Shown in pieces: positions 63,371 through 64,000 of a stretch of 64,000 nt of DNA. The translations under genes were made by a program, and so were the position numbers. The DNA comes from Nemertoderma westbladi. Lineage: Eukaryota > Animalia > Xenacoelomorpha. The notes beneath the pieces were generated by a model, which saw only the letters and a program-made list of their open reading frames with translations, did no database searches and was not told where the DNA came from. The first letter of the stretch is position 1; every line of letters starts with the position of its first letter. Location of the stretch: contig JAUCBJ010008394.1 of the NCBI GenBank assembly GCA_032718475.1, positions 1 through 64,000 on the forward strand, in the 5' to 3' direction.

Positions 63371-64000
63371 TTTTTTTTTTTTTTTTTTTTTTTTAAGTTG
63401 AAGTAATATATATATAATCAAATAATTTTACAAACAATAATGTGAAATCTAACTTAATATAAAAAACTATTGAATTAATATTCAAACTACCTACTAAATA
63501 TAAAAAGCACAATGAGTATCGGGGGGGGGGGGGGGGGGAGTTAGGGACCATGGACCACCTCGTAGAGTCCCTCGTTATTGCTGAGTGAGGGGTCCACAGT
63601 CCCTATGATGGAGGCCGCATTGCCGACTAGGATGGCGATGGCCAGCCTCTGCAGGAGGAAGCGGTGAGATCGGGGCTCCTGGGTGACAGAGTGGAGTCTG
63701 GCCCCGATCTCCTTCAGGAACTCGGATGTTTCAGGGCCGGGGCGGCCCAAGGTCTCGTAGGCTACCGGGTGGAAGAGGTAGCCCCGGTCCATGAGTTCCT
63801 GATATTTGCGGATCTTTAGAGATTCCGCTTCCTCCGCAGTACAGCCTCCCGCGGATAGAGTCTGGGCGAGGTGGCTGGGTGCCAGAGGGTCCGCCACTGT
63901 CGCGTCCCACGTGAGGAACCGTCCGCGGCTCCACGGGACCAGGGTGACACCATCTACTCGCTTCCCATCCCCTCTACACAAGCCTAGAGGCTCGAGCGTA
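63371..64000 (-). mobile_element. CRE-clade non-LTR retrotransposon 3' end
   Basis: DGKRVDGVTLVPWSRG..LTWDATVAD..KY..F.PVAYETLG..GNAASI. Poly-A tail on the minus strand (T-run ~63371-63394). Confidence 0.85.

Overview
AT-rich animal (probably invertebrate) nuclear DNA, mostly transposable elements, around three intronless SLC18B1-like MFS transporter paralogs (two intact, one with a single +1 frameshift). The main feature is a young 12.4-kb BEL/Pao-type LTR element (5606-17965; near-identical 1.2-kb LTRs, ACCTC TSD). It encodes an uninterrupted Gag-protease ORF with RT, most of RNase H and integrase missing in frame, plus an orphan 3' ORF. It has no tRNA-type PBS. Instead, the 11 nt directly after the 5' LTR are the exact reverse complement of an 11-nt LTR segment, the geometry of Tf1-style self-priming, which I do not know from BEL/Pao. 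The window also holds a Merlin transposon with an intact ORF, a Helitron nested in a foldback element, a P/hAT-like foldback with nested inserts, and Harbinger, Tc1, RTE, CRE and Gypsy relics. Three Penelope-type minimal hammerhead ribozyme relics, a tRNA-derived SINE, several satellites and a local segmental duplication are also present. All calls come from reading the sequence by eye; no database searches were run.
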